NCBI GenBank assembly: GCA_038153405.1
Contig: JAYOYH010000009.1
Location: 33,996-97,995, forward strand
Direction of reading: 5' to 3'
Source: Gemmatimonadota bacterium
GTDB taxonomy: Bacteria > Latescibacterota > UBA2968 > UBA8231
Length of the DNA stretch: 64,000 nt
Part shown: one piece after another, positions 40,811 through 51,400 of the stretch
How the letters are laid out: each line of letters begins with the position of its first letter
How positions within the stretch are numbered: the first letter of the stretch is position 1
The notes under the pieces: generated by a model
The model's database searches: none
What the model was told of the DNA's origin: nothing
Seen by the model: the letters and a program-made list of their open reading frames with translations, nothing else
Program-made: the position numbers and the translations under genes

Positions 40811-41611
40811 TTACTGGCCGCAGTCGATGCGTCCAAAGCAAAAGCGCCGCGTCTTTTTGACGATGGCAAAGCCAAGCGCTTCGAGCGTGCGTCCCGGCAT
40901 GGAGTCTTTCATTAGCACGGCTCGGCGCGCCACGCGCACGGCTTGGTCGATATCGCTCGACTGCGGTGTGCCCGGTTCGGCGAAGGTGCGCACCAAGTCT
41001 AGCCCGTTGGACGCGGTGACGGTTTGGCAAAACATAGGATCGAAATAGACTACGTCAAAAGAGGCATCGGCGCAGGTCGGCAGGATGTCCTGATAGTGAG
41101 CGTTAGAAACCCGCACGCGGCGCATTGCGTTGGTGACGGCCGTATGCACGGGATGCTGGTAGGTTTGCATGCCGCGGCGAGTTAGCAGAGCCAGCAGCGG
41201 CGACGCTTCGAGCGCGTGGACTTCGCCGTCGACTCCGACTGCGTGGGCGGCGGCAATGGCGTCGGAGCCCAGTCCGCAGGTGCAGTCGAGCAGGCGATCG
41301 CCCGGCGCTAGCTGTGCGAGGTCGACGAGCGTGTCGCGGCGGCCGCGCAGCAGATTGACGATGCGCAGCACGGCCGCGTTCGGGTGATGCTGGAGGCGCG
41401 CCTGGCCGACGTGGACGACTAAACGGCAGCGGCCGACCACGATGAGCGCATCGACGTGCAGTGCCTGCACGGCATCTTCGAGCCGGCCTTCGGGGCGCGG
41501 CCAATAGGGACAGGCCATTTCCGCGGCAATGGCCAAGGCCTGCTGGCGCAGCGCTTCATCGGCACGAGCGCTGCAGGTAACGGCTAGCGTGGGCATATCA
41601 GACAGAGGCAT
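40811..41611 (-). CDS. Class I SAM-dependent methyltransferase (RsmJ-like)
   Basis: LDCTCGLGSDA, FDVVYFDPMF. Start approximate. Confidence 0.8.
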   Translation of the reverse strand: MPLSDMPTLAVTCSARADEALRQQALAIAAEMACPYWPRPEGRLEDAVQALHVDALIVVGRCRLVVHVGQARLQHHPNAAVLRIVNLLRGRRDTLVDLAQLAPGDRLLDCTCGLGSDAIAAAHAVGVDGEVHALEASPLLALLTRRGMQTYQHPVHTAVTNAMRRVRVSNAHYQDILPTCADASFDVVYFDPMFCQTVTASNGLDLVRTFAEPGTPQSSDIDQAVRVARRAVLMKDSMPGRTLEALGFAIVKKTRRFCFGRIDCGQ

Positions 41612-41808
41612 AGCATCTTTTGGGGTGCGCGCAGCGAGAGAAAACAGGTATAAAAGTTTCGCTATTGCCGGATGCACCGGCAAATGCAATGGCCATCTCA
41701 GCTCTCTTTGCAAAAGCGGGAGGCGCGTTGATATTTACGTATAGTGCACGTGTCGTGCACGGGAAAAATCGGCCGCGCGCTGGCATGCGGCTAAATAGGG
41801 GATTGAGG

Positions 41809-43116
41809 ATGAGATACGGCATCGCCTTTTGTGCACTATTCCTGCTGGCCTGCGGCGGGGCCGATGCGCCAACCGTGCGCTCGGTCGACCTAGAACAGGT
41901 CGACCCGACAGGTCAGCAGGTGACGTTCTGGTACCAGCACACGCTCCAACGCGAGGAATTGCTCAAGCAGATGTTGGCTGAGTATACGGCTACCAATCCG
42001 CACGGGATCGAGGTGCGCGGCGAGTATGCGGGGAATTATCGAGATATCTTTAACAAAATGCTGGTCGGCATGCAGGGGGGCGTGCTGCCCGACCTGGTCG
42101 TCGCCTACAACAACCAAGCCTACACCTACTATAGCAACGGCGGTGCAATTGATTTAGTGCCGTATATGGATTCGCCCCAATGGGGTCTGAGCGCGTCTGC
42201 GCGCGCCGATTATTTCCCTTCGTTTTTGCGCGAGGATAATTTTGACGGCGCTCAGGTCGCGCTAACGCCCAACCGCTCGTTAGAAGTCATGTACTACAAC
42301 GTCGACTGGCTGCGTGAAATGGGCTATGCGCAGCCGCCTGAGCGCTGGGAGGACTTTGCCGAGATGTGCCGCCGCGCGCGCAATCGGCCCTTCAGCGGAC
42401 GAGTCAACGAGGGCCAGAGCACGGGATTTATGCTCGACGACGACGCCAGTCAACTCGCCTCGCTGGTGTTTAGTCGCGGCGGGCGCTTTATGGATGAGGC
42501 GCGTTTGGCCTATCGCTTTAATGGAGACGAAGTGCGCGCTTCGCTGGAACTGGTGCGCCAGCTCAAACGCGAAGGAGCGGCCGCCTTGAAGATTGACGAA
42601 GGCGCAGATATGGCGGGTTTTGCCACCGGCAATGTACTGTGTTTTCTCGCCTCTTCGACCGGCATACCCTATGTGAAGAATGCCGTCGATGCCGGCGCGC
42701 GCTTTACTTGGGTGCTGGCCCCACCGCCGCGCACAGTAGCCGATCCAGTAGTCAATATTTATGGGGCCAGCATCGCCCTGGCTAAATCGACGCCGGAGCG
42801 CCAACTGGCGTCCTGGCTTTTTCTCAAGTGGTTTACCGAACCGGCACAGCAGGCGCGCTGGGTAGAGGTCAGCGGCTATTTTCCGGTGCGGCGCAGCACC
42901 GCCGAGTCGCTCGCAGCGTATATGCAGTCCAACCCAGAATATGCCAGAGCCTATGGTTGGCTAGACAATGCACAGGCCGAGCCGGGGGTTATGGGCTACG
43001 AGCGCGTGCGGAGGTTGGTGGCGCAGATGATGGTTAGCGTGCTGGAGGACGGCGATCTAACCGCCGAACTGGTCGATCTCGACGAGAAGGCCAATGCGAC
43101 GTTGAGCGAGTTCTAA
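41809..43116 (+). CDS. ABC transporter solute-binding lipoprotein (sugar/UgpB-like)
   Basis: LLACGG lipobox, LPDLVVAY, MYYNVD, SWLFLKWF, SGYFPVR. No permease genes adjacent. Confidence 0.85.
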   Translation: MRYGIAFCALFLLACGGADAPTVRSVDLEQVDPTGQQVTFWYQHTLQREELLKQMLAEYTATNPHGIEVRGEYAGNYRDIFNKMLVGMQGGVLPDLVVAYNNQAYTYYSNGGAIDLVPYMDSPQWGLSASARADYFPSFLREDNFDGAQVALTPNRSLEVMYYNVDWLREMGYAQPPERWEDFAEMCRRARNRPFSGRVNEGQSTGFMLDDDASQLASLVFSRGGRFMDEARLAYRFNGDEVRASLELVRQLKREGAAALKIDEGADMAGFATGNVLCFLASSTGIPYVKNAVDAGARFTWVLAPPPRTVADPVVNIYGASIALAKSTPERQLASWLFLKWFTEPAQQARWVEVSGYFPVRRSTAESLAAYMQSNPEYARAYGWLDNAQAEPGVMGYERVRRLVAQMMVSVLEDGDLTAELVDLDEKANATLSEF

Positions 43117-43148
43117 AGGGCAACGCGGCCGATATGCGGCCCGCCGTA

Positions 43149-44003
43149 TCAGCGCATATGCGGTGGGGGGACCGACCCTTGGTACACGTAGTTGATGGGC
43201 GGCTCGACAAAGGTCGCGCGCGTGGTTAGAACGGGGTGGTCAAAGAATGGTTCGCAGCCTCTTTCAAAGCGCGTGCCGCCGCGGAACCACGGTTTGGCGT
43301 GGCCCATGGCAATCATCGTACGCGCTCGGTCGCTTTCGTTGGGCATACCGCCGTGCCACAGCCGCACGTCGCGGATGACGATATCGCCCTTCTGCGAACA
43401 CATGCGCTCTGGCGGTCGCCGATGCGCCCACTCGTCGAGCTGGGCCTGCTGGGGATATTTATCGTCGAGCGCGGTGCGCGGATCGGCATGCGTGCCCGGG
43501 TAGTAGAGGGTGGCACCGTTGTCTTCAGTCACGCCAACCAGCGGCACGTTAACGACTAGTGCGTAGGCCGGCGTGCTGCGCGATAAGCCGCTCCACAGGT
43601 GGGCAACGTCGGCATGTATGCGCTGTGGCGCGGAGCCAGGAAACGCGGTATTGGCATTATAGCCGATGTTGCCAACGCCGTCGCCTAGGACGGCGTGTGT
43701 GACCTGAATGACCAGCTCGTTGAGCAGAATATCTCTGAATAAATAGGGGCGAAAGGGCGGTGGGTTGAGGCCTTGGTAGTTCCGTTCGACGCTGTGGCGG
43801 CGCTGGAAATAGGCTAGGTCGTCGGCCATGCGCGCATCGAGCAGGTCGAGATGCGCATGCGCAACGATATCGGGTAACAGCACGAGGCCATCGTCCGCTA
43901 AGGCGCTGACGGCTTGGCGCAGATGGACGTCCGTCATGCGTCCGGACCGGCGCTCGAAATCGGTGAGGTCGATGCGTATCACGTCGTGCTCCCATGCGCT
44001 CAA
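43149..44003 (-). CDS. PhyH-family Fe(II)/2-oxoglutarate dioxygenase
   Basis: NTAFPGSAPQRIHAD (HxD), NGAT, IRDVRLWHGG.N...R. Confidence 0.88.
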   Translation of the reverse strand: MSAWEHDVIRIDLTDFERRSGRMTDVHLRQAVSALADDGLVLLPDIVAHAHLDLLDARMADDLAYFQRRHSVERNYQGLNPPPFRPYLFRDILLNELVIQVTHAVLGDGVGNIGYNANTAFPGSAPQRIHADVAHLWSGLSRSTPAYALVVNVPLVGVTEDNGATLYYPGTHADPRTALDDKYPQQAQLDEWAHRRPPERMCSQKGDIVIRDVRLWHGGMPNESDRARTMIAMGHAKPWFRGGTRFERGCEPFFDHPVLTTRATFVEPPINYVYQGSVPPPHMR

Positions 44004-44110
44004 TAAGAAGATGTTCTAACTAGCGCGCATCGGACTGCACGCGCAAATGGGTGCGGCGTTTCAGGTAGAGCATACCGATCCCATTGGTCGGCGGGAGTGC
44101 GCGTCGGTCT

Positions 44111-47100
44111 TCAGCGCAGGAGCGTCATTTTGCGCATCTGCACCTGGCCGTCGACTTCGAGACGATACAGATACATACCAGAGGAGACCGGAGAGCCGCT
44201 GTCGTCGCGCGCGTCCCATTCCAGCACGTGCCGTCCGGGCACAAAGAGCCGATCGGCCAGCCGCCGCACGCGCTGCCCGGCACTGTTGTAGACGGTCAGT
44301 TGTACGGGCTGCGCCACATAGATGTCAAAGGGAATGGCCGTCGACGGATTAAAGGGATTGGGGAAGTTCTGCAGCAGGCCAACGGCCTGTGGTAGGGCAT
44401 CACCGCGTGCCGAAAACGCCAGGGTGCCTATGTTGCCGGCCTTATCGGTTGCCCGCACGCGCAGTGCGTTGTCTGCGGCCGGCATGTGGGTCGGATCGAG
44501 CGCCAGCGTCTCGCCATCCCAGCTGTAAGCCGAAGGCAATAGGGGAATTTCTTCCAGCAAGACCTCGATCTGAGCTAGGCCACTGCCGGCATCGGCAATG
44601 GTGAGGGCGTATTCGTCGCGCGCGACAATGCGCGGCGGCGTGCGGTCCTCCATCAGGGCATAGCGCCCCAACTGACTCAATTCCACTTGCAGCGAACCGC
44701 CGCTAAGGGTCGAATGCATCCACTGCCAGCGCCCGTCTGCATAGCGGTAGATCCCCGCTCGCTCGGAAGAGCCATTGGGCAGCGCCGCGCGCAGACGGCT
44801 GCCGCGCCCTGCGTAGGGCTGCGGCGAATGGGCCGTATAGGCGGGAGATAGGGGAATCAGTTCGGGGCCTGGATGGTCGATGCGGCTCGGTAAGAGAGCG
44901 ATGACGGCGTCGTCGGCGAACGCTCCCTCGGCTATCTCAATGCGCATATCTGCGTGCGCAATGATCTTGCCGCGCCCGACGCGCACGGTGCCGACCTCAA
45001 AGGCATAGGAAGACCGAAAAAGCTGGCCGTCGACGATAGACAGGGCTAAGATGGATACGCTGCCCTCCTGGCCCGGCGTCAGCACGTGGCTGCTCTGCCA
45101 GATGCCCTCGGGACCTTCGCTCAGTGCCAAATCGGACCAGCTGCCGTCGTTGAGGCGCAGCTGCGGCGGCGCATCGGCCGCCATGCGGTCGATTAGGAAT
45201 AGATCGATAAATTCCGGCTGCAGTGCGTTGGGCAGCGGCACGAGTACAAAATCCTCGCTCTCGGTGCCTGCGCTGCCGTCGGCCGGATAGACCTGAGCGA
45301 TGACGAGCGCGGTGACTGTGCTGCCGTCGGGCAGGGTGGCGCGTAGCTCGATGATGTCGCTGCCCTGCCAAGGCGTAGCGCGCGTCAGCACCAGTGCCCC
45401 GCGTTCTACATCTAAGTTAACGCTGACAGGCTGCAGTCCTTGGGCCGTCCACTGCGCGTTGGCAGGGTCTACCTCGCCCGCTATTAATTCGCTCAACTGC
45501 AGGCGTATTTCTGTCGTGCCGGCAAAGAGTCCGACGGTCGTTTGCTCTGTTAGCTCTAGGGCAGATCGGGGAAGAACTACGGCGATGCGCAGCGTCGCTT
45601 GCAAGCGCGTGCCGTCGTCGCGCACGCCGACCAGCGTAAAGAATTCCTCGCCGTGCCAGTCCTCGCCGGCAAAGACGATGAGCCGATGGGTTTCCGGATC
45701 GATGAGCACGCGTGCATGCAGCCCACCGCTTATGCTCCAGTCAAATTCGTCGGCGTCGGCGTGCGCAACGAATTGATCGAGGTCGATGCTCTGGTCAAAT
45801 GCGCCGGCATCTAGGTTGAGTTCAGGCAGCGCGGCCAGTTCCGGCGGCTGGGCCGTTTCGACGGGTGCCTGTGCCACAATGCGCGCGCTCAGGCGCTGCT
45901 CGGGCAGGTCGGTTGTGCTGGCGACAAAGTAGATCGTCCCCTCGCCGTGCCATCCGCTGGCCGCGCGCAGCGTGACGTAGCGACTGAGCGGATCAATGTC
46001 AACGACGACGTTTGCATCGCTCTCTACGCGCCAGCTAATATCGCTGGGCGCCACGTCGCCTACCACATAGCTATCGAGGGGGAAACTGTATACTTGGCCG
46101 GCGGCTAGCTCGATGTCGGGCAGGGGAGATAGCGCTAAAAAGGGGCCGCTCTGGCCCTCGGCGTTTAATAGGTGCAAGCGAAGCGTTTGCACCGCTTCGT
46201 GCCCATCGGGGTCGACGACGCGCACTTCGATTTCCACCACAGAGGGAACGGCGCTTTCGCGCGGGTCGATGACCAGCACGTGGCTTTGGGGATCGACGCG
46301 CAGGGCGATATCGTCGCGCTGCGGCAGGAAGAAATCCATTTCGCTGGTCGCATGGTCGAGATCGAATACGAAGAGGTCGAGGTCGAGCGAGGCATCGACG
46401 CCGTCTACGGGAACGCGCACGTCGGGCAGTTCGGCAAAGAGCGGTTCGCCGCTGGCCGGCAGGGAGTAGACATCGACGGAAAAGGCCATTTGTTCGCCGG
46501 TGGGATCGGATACGATAAAGCGCAGCGTTTCGACGCCGACAAAGCCGCTTGGAGCGGAGATGCGCGCCATGCGACCGCTGCTCAGCTGCACGTTTAGCTG
46601 TTGCGAACCGGTTACTTCCCACGTCAGCGTCTCATCGGCGTCATCGGGATCGACGACGAGCTCGTCGAGGCCCAGCACGTAGCTATCGCCGGACGCCAGA
46701 CTGAGGCGCTGGGGCTGTGCCACCAGCGTTGGGGCCAGCGAGGGGACGACGGTGACGACGAGGGGGCCGCTGGCCGTGAGGAGGCCCGAATCTTCGACGA
46801 CCAGCGTAATTTCTTCGCTGCCGGTCCACCCCCCGGCGGCCGAGACGATCAGGCGTCCTTCGGCCATTTCGAGTTGTACCTGCTCGTTGCCTACCCAGGA
46901 AAGTCGCAGATCCTCGCTGCGATCCTCCACATCGGACAGCAGCTCGCTCAGGAGCAGGCTGTCGTCGCTGCGCCCGCGCGTCAGGCGAAGATTGGGCGCA
47001 GTCAAGAACTGGGGTGGATCGTTTATCGCAGCGACTTCGATATCTATCTGCAGTGAATCGGAAAAATCAAATGGGTCGCGGGCGATCAGCACAGCGCGCG

Positions 47101-48142
47101 TCTGGCCGTGCCAGTTGGCCTGTGGCGCGATATGCGCCACGCGCGCTGCTGGGTCGATTGCAATGGCAATTTCCGGGGGGGCATCGACTGTCCATTCGAG
47201 CTGTTCGAAAGGCGTGTCGCTATCGGAGACCAGCGCATCTAGGGCCAGCGCGTAGGCCTGGTCTTCGTTCAAGCCAAGTGCGCCAATAGGAGAAAAGGTC
47301 GGAGCGGCGTTGACGAATATTTCCAGCGTGTCGGATGTAGTCTGGCCGGCGGGGTTGCGCGCCGTCAGCACCAGCTGCTCCCACGGTGAGGCGTCGCTCG
47401 GAGCTTGCAGCAAGAGCGCGTTGTCCTCCACATCGTGCGTGCTGTGCAGGCCCCCTATGGGGGAAATGGACCAGGTTATTTCGCCCAGCTCGTATATCGG
47501 GTCAAAGACGTAGTCGTCGAGGTCGAACCGATACGTGCCACCGCGCGGCAGCACCAGTCGCTCGGGCAAACCGCTGATTGTGATGCCCTGCACCGTGAGG
47601 CGCAGCGGGTGGATAAAGCGAAACGAGTGCTGGTCGCCTTCGGGGCGGAAAAAGCGCGTTTCGCGGGTGCCGCTTTCGTCGATGTGCACCTGCATTTCTG
47701 CGGCTGGTGCGAGCGCGCGCAGGCGGAAAGAGGCGATCGGTCCAGAACCCTGATCGGCGGCGCGCACGACGCTGTAGTCAAGTTGGATGCCCGGTGCGCT
47801 GGCCGCTGGATCTTCTTCGTCGAGCAGGTAGTTGCGGAAGATCTCGCCGTTGGCGAGAAAGGCGCCCGGAGCGAAGGGTTGGAAACCCGTCTGGGCCGCG
47901 CGGTCCTCGTCGACGATTTCTAGGTAGTCCGAGTCAACCGTGAGAAATACGGCGGCGCCGGACAGCGGCTCGTTTTCCGAGTCGATCCACAGCTCCACTT
48001 CAATTTCGTCGCCGACCATCACGGAAGTCGTGCTGGTATTGGCGCCCGCCGGGCGCAGCTCGAGGCGTGCCGCCATCAACGATGTGGGCGGAGTGATAAC
48101 GACGAAAATGAGGAGAAATGCGAGGGCAATCCGTTGTTTCAT
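44111..48142 (-). CDS. Secreted protein: N-terminal cohesin-like domain, ~8 cadherin-like Ig repeats, T9SS/FlgD-type CTD
   Basis: Signal MKQRIALAFLL; VGDEIEVELW..LSGAAVFL.VD..YLEIV; repeated LDD.V.D.D....L.W..A.W.G; QNFPNPFNPST..WDARDDSG..VSSGMYLYRL..RKMTLLR. Confidence 0.85.
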   Translation of the reverse strand: MKQRIALAFLLIFVVITPPTSLMAARLELRPAGANTSTTSVMVGDEIEVELWIDSENEPLSGAAVFLTVDSDYLEIVDEDRAAQTGFQPFAPGAFLANGEIFRNYLLDEEDPAASAPGIQLDYSVVRAADQGSGPIASFRLRALAPAAEMQVHIDESGTRETRFFRPEGDQHSFRFIHPLRLTVQGITISGLPERLVLPRGGTYRFDLDDYVFDPIYELGEITWSISPIGGLHSTHDVEDNALLLQAPSDASPWEQLVLTARNPAGQTTSDTLEIFVNAAPTFSPIGALGLNEDQAYALALDALVSDSDTPFEQLEWTVDAPPEIAIAIDPAARVAHIAPQANWHGQTRAVLIARDPFDFSDSLQIDIEVAAINDPPQFLTAPNLRLTRGRSDDSLLLSELLSDVEDRSEDLRLSWVGNEQVQLEMAEGRLIVSAAGGWTGSEEITLVVEDSGLLTASGPLVVTVVPSLAPTLVAQPQRLSLASGDSYVLGLDELVVDPDDADETLTWEVTGSQQLNVQLSSGRMARISAPSGFVGVETLRFIVSDPTGEQMAFSVDVYSLPASGEPLFAELPDVRVPVDGVDASLDLDLFVFDLDHATSEMDFFLPQRDDIALRVDPQSHVLVIDPRESAVPSVVEIEVRVVDPDGHEAVQTLRLHLLNAEGQSGPFLALSPLPDIELAAGQVYSFPLDSYVVGDVAPSDISWRVESDANVVVDIDPLSRYVTLRAASGWHGEGTIYFVASTTDLPEQRLSARIVAQAPVETAQPPELAALPELNLDAGAFDQSIDLDQFVAHADADEFDWSISGGLHARVLIDPETHRLIVFAGEDWHGEEFFTLVGVRDDGTRLQATLRIAVVLPRSALELTEQTTVGLFAGTTEIRLQLSELIAGEVDPANAQWTAQGLQPVSVNLDVERGALVLTRATPWQGSDIIELRATLPDGSTVTALVIAQVYPADGSAGTESEDFVLVPLPNALQPEFIDLFLIDRMAADAPPQLRLNDGSWSDLALSEGPEGIWQSSHVLTPGQEGSVSILALSIVDGQLFRSSYAFEVGTVRVGRGKIIAHADMRIEIAEGAFADDAVIALLPSRIDHPGPELIPLSPAYTAHSPQPYAGRGSRLRAALPNGSSERAGIYRYADGRWQWMHSTLSGGSLQVELSQLGRYALMEDRTPPRIVARDEYALTIADAGSGLAQIEVLLEEIPLLPSAYSWDGETLALDPTHMPAADNALRVRATDKAGNIGTLAFSARGDALPQAVGLLQNFPNPFNPSTAIPFDIYVAQPVQLTVYNSAGQRVRRLADRLFVPGRHVLEWDARDDSGSPVSSGMYLYRLEVDGQVQMRKMTLLR

Positions 48143-48421
48143 AAGAAGCTCCATCCTCCCCGGAGGGAACGTGTAAGGCCTTGGGAGGCAAAAGCTATGC
48201 CAGTGCGCTCAGAGGGAGCAGCAGTGGAAAAAGCAGCAATCTGGTGGAACTTTCTGCCGTATATGGGAAGAATCTTCCATGCTGCACGTAGGTAGAATGC
48301 CCCTTTGCATGGGGTGACGGTGGGATCTCACCCCTATAAGTAGTATGGCATTGATCTTGCTGAAGAGCAGGCGTTGAAGGGAATCGAACGTTGCCAAGAT
48401 GGCGGCATTCTAAGGAATGGA

Positions 48422-51400
48422 ATGGTGAAGTCCTTCTCTGCTCAGAGTACATTGCGCGTGCACCAATCCTATTGGCAGCGGTCGACGCGCTACTCCATCC
48501 CGTGGATCACTGCGGGCCTGCTGCTGCTGCTGTGGTTGGCACCTCGGGTCTACGGTGCGGCGCCGATCTTTGAGAATCGCACGCCGGTGGGCTTTTCCAC
48601 GGCCGATAGCACGACGCAGCAGGATTTCGTGCTGGGCGGTGAGATTGTGGTGCGCGCCGATCTCAACCAGGCGGCGACGCCGACCTACCCTGTCATTGGA
48701 CACTTTCACAACATCGAACGCAGCGTGCAGGTTGAAGGCAGCGATGTCGACGGTCTGCAGACCGATATCGCCGTAGATGGCGACGGCACGGTGCACATGG
48801 CCTGGATTGCGCAGGAGGTCGTCAGTCCGGTCTCGACGCCGGTCTACTACGTGCGCTACGCGCGCAGCGAAGACAGCGGACGCACTTTCTCGGCGCCGGT
48901 CAGCGTGTCGGGTGGTTTGCGATTTGACTTGTTGACCGTCAATACGGCAGCCAATAGCAGCGGGTTTTCGACGCTCGACCTGGAAGTCGACAGCCGCGGC
49001 AATCCGCGCGTTGCCTACGCGATGAATCACTCACCCGACGGCCACACCGCCAAGTTTAGCGGCAGCGGCGACGCCGACAACGTCTATTTCAACTACTCGC
49101 AAAACGGCGGCGCCTCGTGGCTGCCGTCCGATCGCGCTATCGTCGTCAACGACACCGTTACGCTCGGCAACCTGCAGGGCCGTGCCAGCGCCTTCCCGCG
49201 CCTAGTCGTCGACCAGCGCGACAATATATTCATCAGCTACGTGCGCGGTTCGAGCCAGGGTTCGGGCAACGACGACATTATGTTGGCCAAGGTCGATCGT
49301 TCGACGACGCCCTTTGATATGGAGCGCGTCGGCTCGCTTGGTGGGGTGGGCAGCAGCGGCGGGGTCCGCATATCGCCAGAGGCCGGGCGCCACAGCGGGC
49401 CGGATCTAGCCGTGGGCACCGGTGACGTGCTGCACCTGATCTACTTCAACGATACCGGCAACGACATCGAGCATAAGACGCTGCTGGCCGACTCGTGGAA
49501 TACGGTAGGCGGCACCGGTTGGAACCAGTCGGTCGACGGCGCCGACGTAGACGACTTTGTCGATGAGGCGACGGTGGCGGCCATTGAGTCGGACGCCAAC
49601 TTCTTCTTTCCCAGCATCGCCGTTGATAAGCAGAGTTCTCCCGACAAGGTCTATGCTGTTTATAAGTTTGGCGATGCCACCTTTGAGACGGTAGCATTTA
49701 ATCGCTATACCTACGACAATGCTATCGGCGGCAGTGCCGGTTGGAATACGGCCGCGGCGATGCCGGTGTGGAGCACGGCGACTTCACCGGTCTTTGCCGA
49801 CGGCAACGCAGCGTATAATATCGAGTTGGAATGGACGCACACCGAACGCGTCGCCGTGTTGGTAGACGACCGCCTGCCCGATCGCGGCGAGGTGCACATC
49901 GCATTTAGCGCAGGTTATTCTAGCAGCGGTGAACACGACATCTACTACGGCTATTACAACGGTGCTTCGTGGATTTTGCCGGAAAAGGTGGCCGACGACG
50001 ATTCAGATACCGGCGTCGAGGACGGCATCGCCACCAGCGACGTATATCTCGCCTCGCCTGCCTTGGCCAAGGCGACCGGGCAGTCCAACCTATTTATGGC
50101 ATTTTCCGGCGGTGCAGGCGAGGGGTTGGGTATCAACGGCGTCAGCGATGTAAACGGGCACGCCTATTTTAAGGTACTGGGCCGATCCATAACGTCGGAA
50201 GACGAGTCGGTGCCCGTGGGGGCCTTTGCCTACAACCTCAGCTACACGCCGGTCAATCCGCAAAATCACAGCAGCGCAATCGACGACAATCTGGTCTACG
50301 TGCACGTGGCCGACAATGTCGACGGCACGAGATTGGGCGCGACCGGCAGGCGCCAAACGGACGGCTTTCTGGCCGGTGACTGGGAGTCGGTCGGCGTGCG
50401 TTCGAGCGATGACGACAAATACTTCGAAGGTCGTTTTAACGAAGACGCTAGCTCCGGCCAGGAGTGGGGCGACGACGACGATAAAATTGGTCTGCTCGTC
50501 AAGTTCAATGTACTGGGCAGCGATTCGCCGGTTAATGTGCAGGTCATAACTAATAGTACGGCCAGCGCCAGCGGCACGGGGTTGGGCGCGCGCTCTGTGC
50601 GCGTGGGGACGGACCCATCGGCTATTGCGGGAGTGGGCTCGTTTTTTATGCTGGGCGCCGATATCGACATTATCGATTCCAATACTGCCCCCAGGGTGCA
50701 GGTGCTGCAGCCCGACGGCGTGGGCGACGAGGCCAATACATCGTATCCCATTATGTACAACCTCAGCGACACCGACGACCAAATAGTCAGCGGTGGGTTG
50801 AAGGCGGCGCTGTATTTTTCTCCCGACTCTTCGCTGGCCTCAGTGCAAGATATCCGCATTTTCGCAACGCTTATCGCCGATGAAAACGACCAGACGAGCG
50901 TATTTTCCAGCGGCACCAACGATCTATCGGAAGGACTGAGCGAGAGCTATACCTGGGATGATCCGCCCACTGCGTTAAAGGCCAAGCTCTTTGCCAGCAT
51001 CAATCAGGTCATAAGCGGTAAGTATTACATTTACCTTGTCGCCGACGACCAGAAAAATCCTCCGGTCTTCGCGCGCAGTCCCGGTGCGCTGACCATAAAG
51101 CACGTGCCGATTATTGTGCACGTCGATCCAGCTATGGCTGACACGGTCGACACCGGCGTGCGCTCGGGTGCCACGGCCAATCCCTATGATCTCGATTTTA
51201 CCGTGCGCGATTTCGACCTGCAGGGAGCCGCGGAAATACAGCTATTCTACTCCTCGGTCAGCGGGCTGCAGTCGGTGTCAGTTATCGGCACGTTTCCCAA
51301 CCAGAAATTTACCCTCGGCAAGAGCGCGTCTGGCGTGCGCGCCATTCCCATCACGCATACGGATACGCTGACGAGCAGCTATGTAGAATTCTCGTGGGAT

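Noticed and set aside
48195..48452. 85-aa and 62-aa ORFs in the divergent intergenic region
   Set aside because: No RBS or motifs; more likely promoter DNA.
50465..50490. DDDDK enterokinase site as a vector or tag contaminant
   Set aside because: Embedded in a natural conserved block present in both paralogs with different codons.
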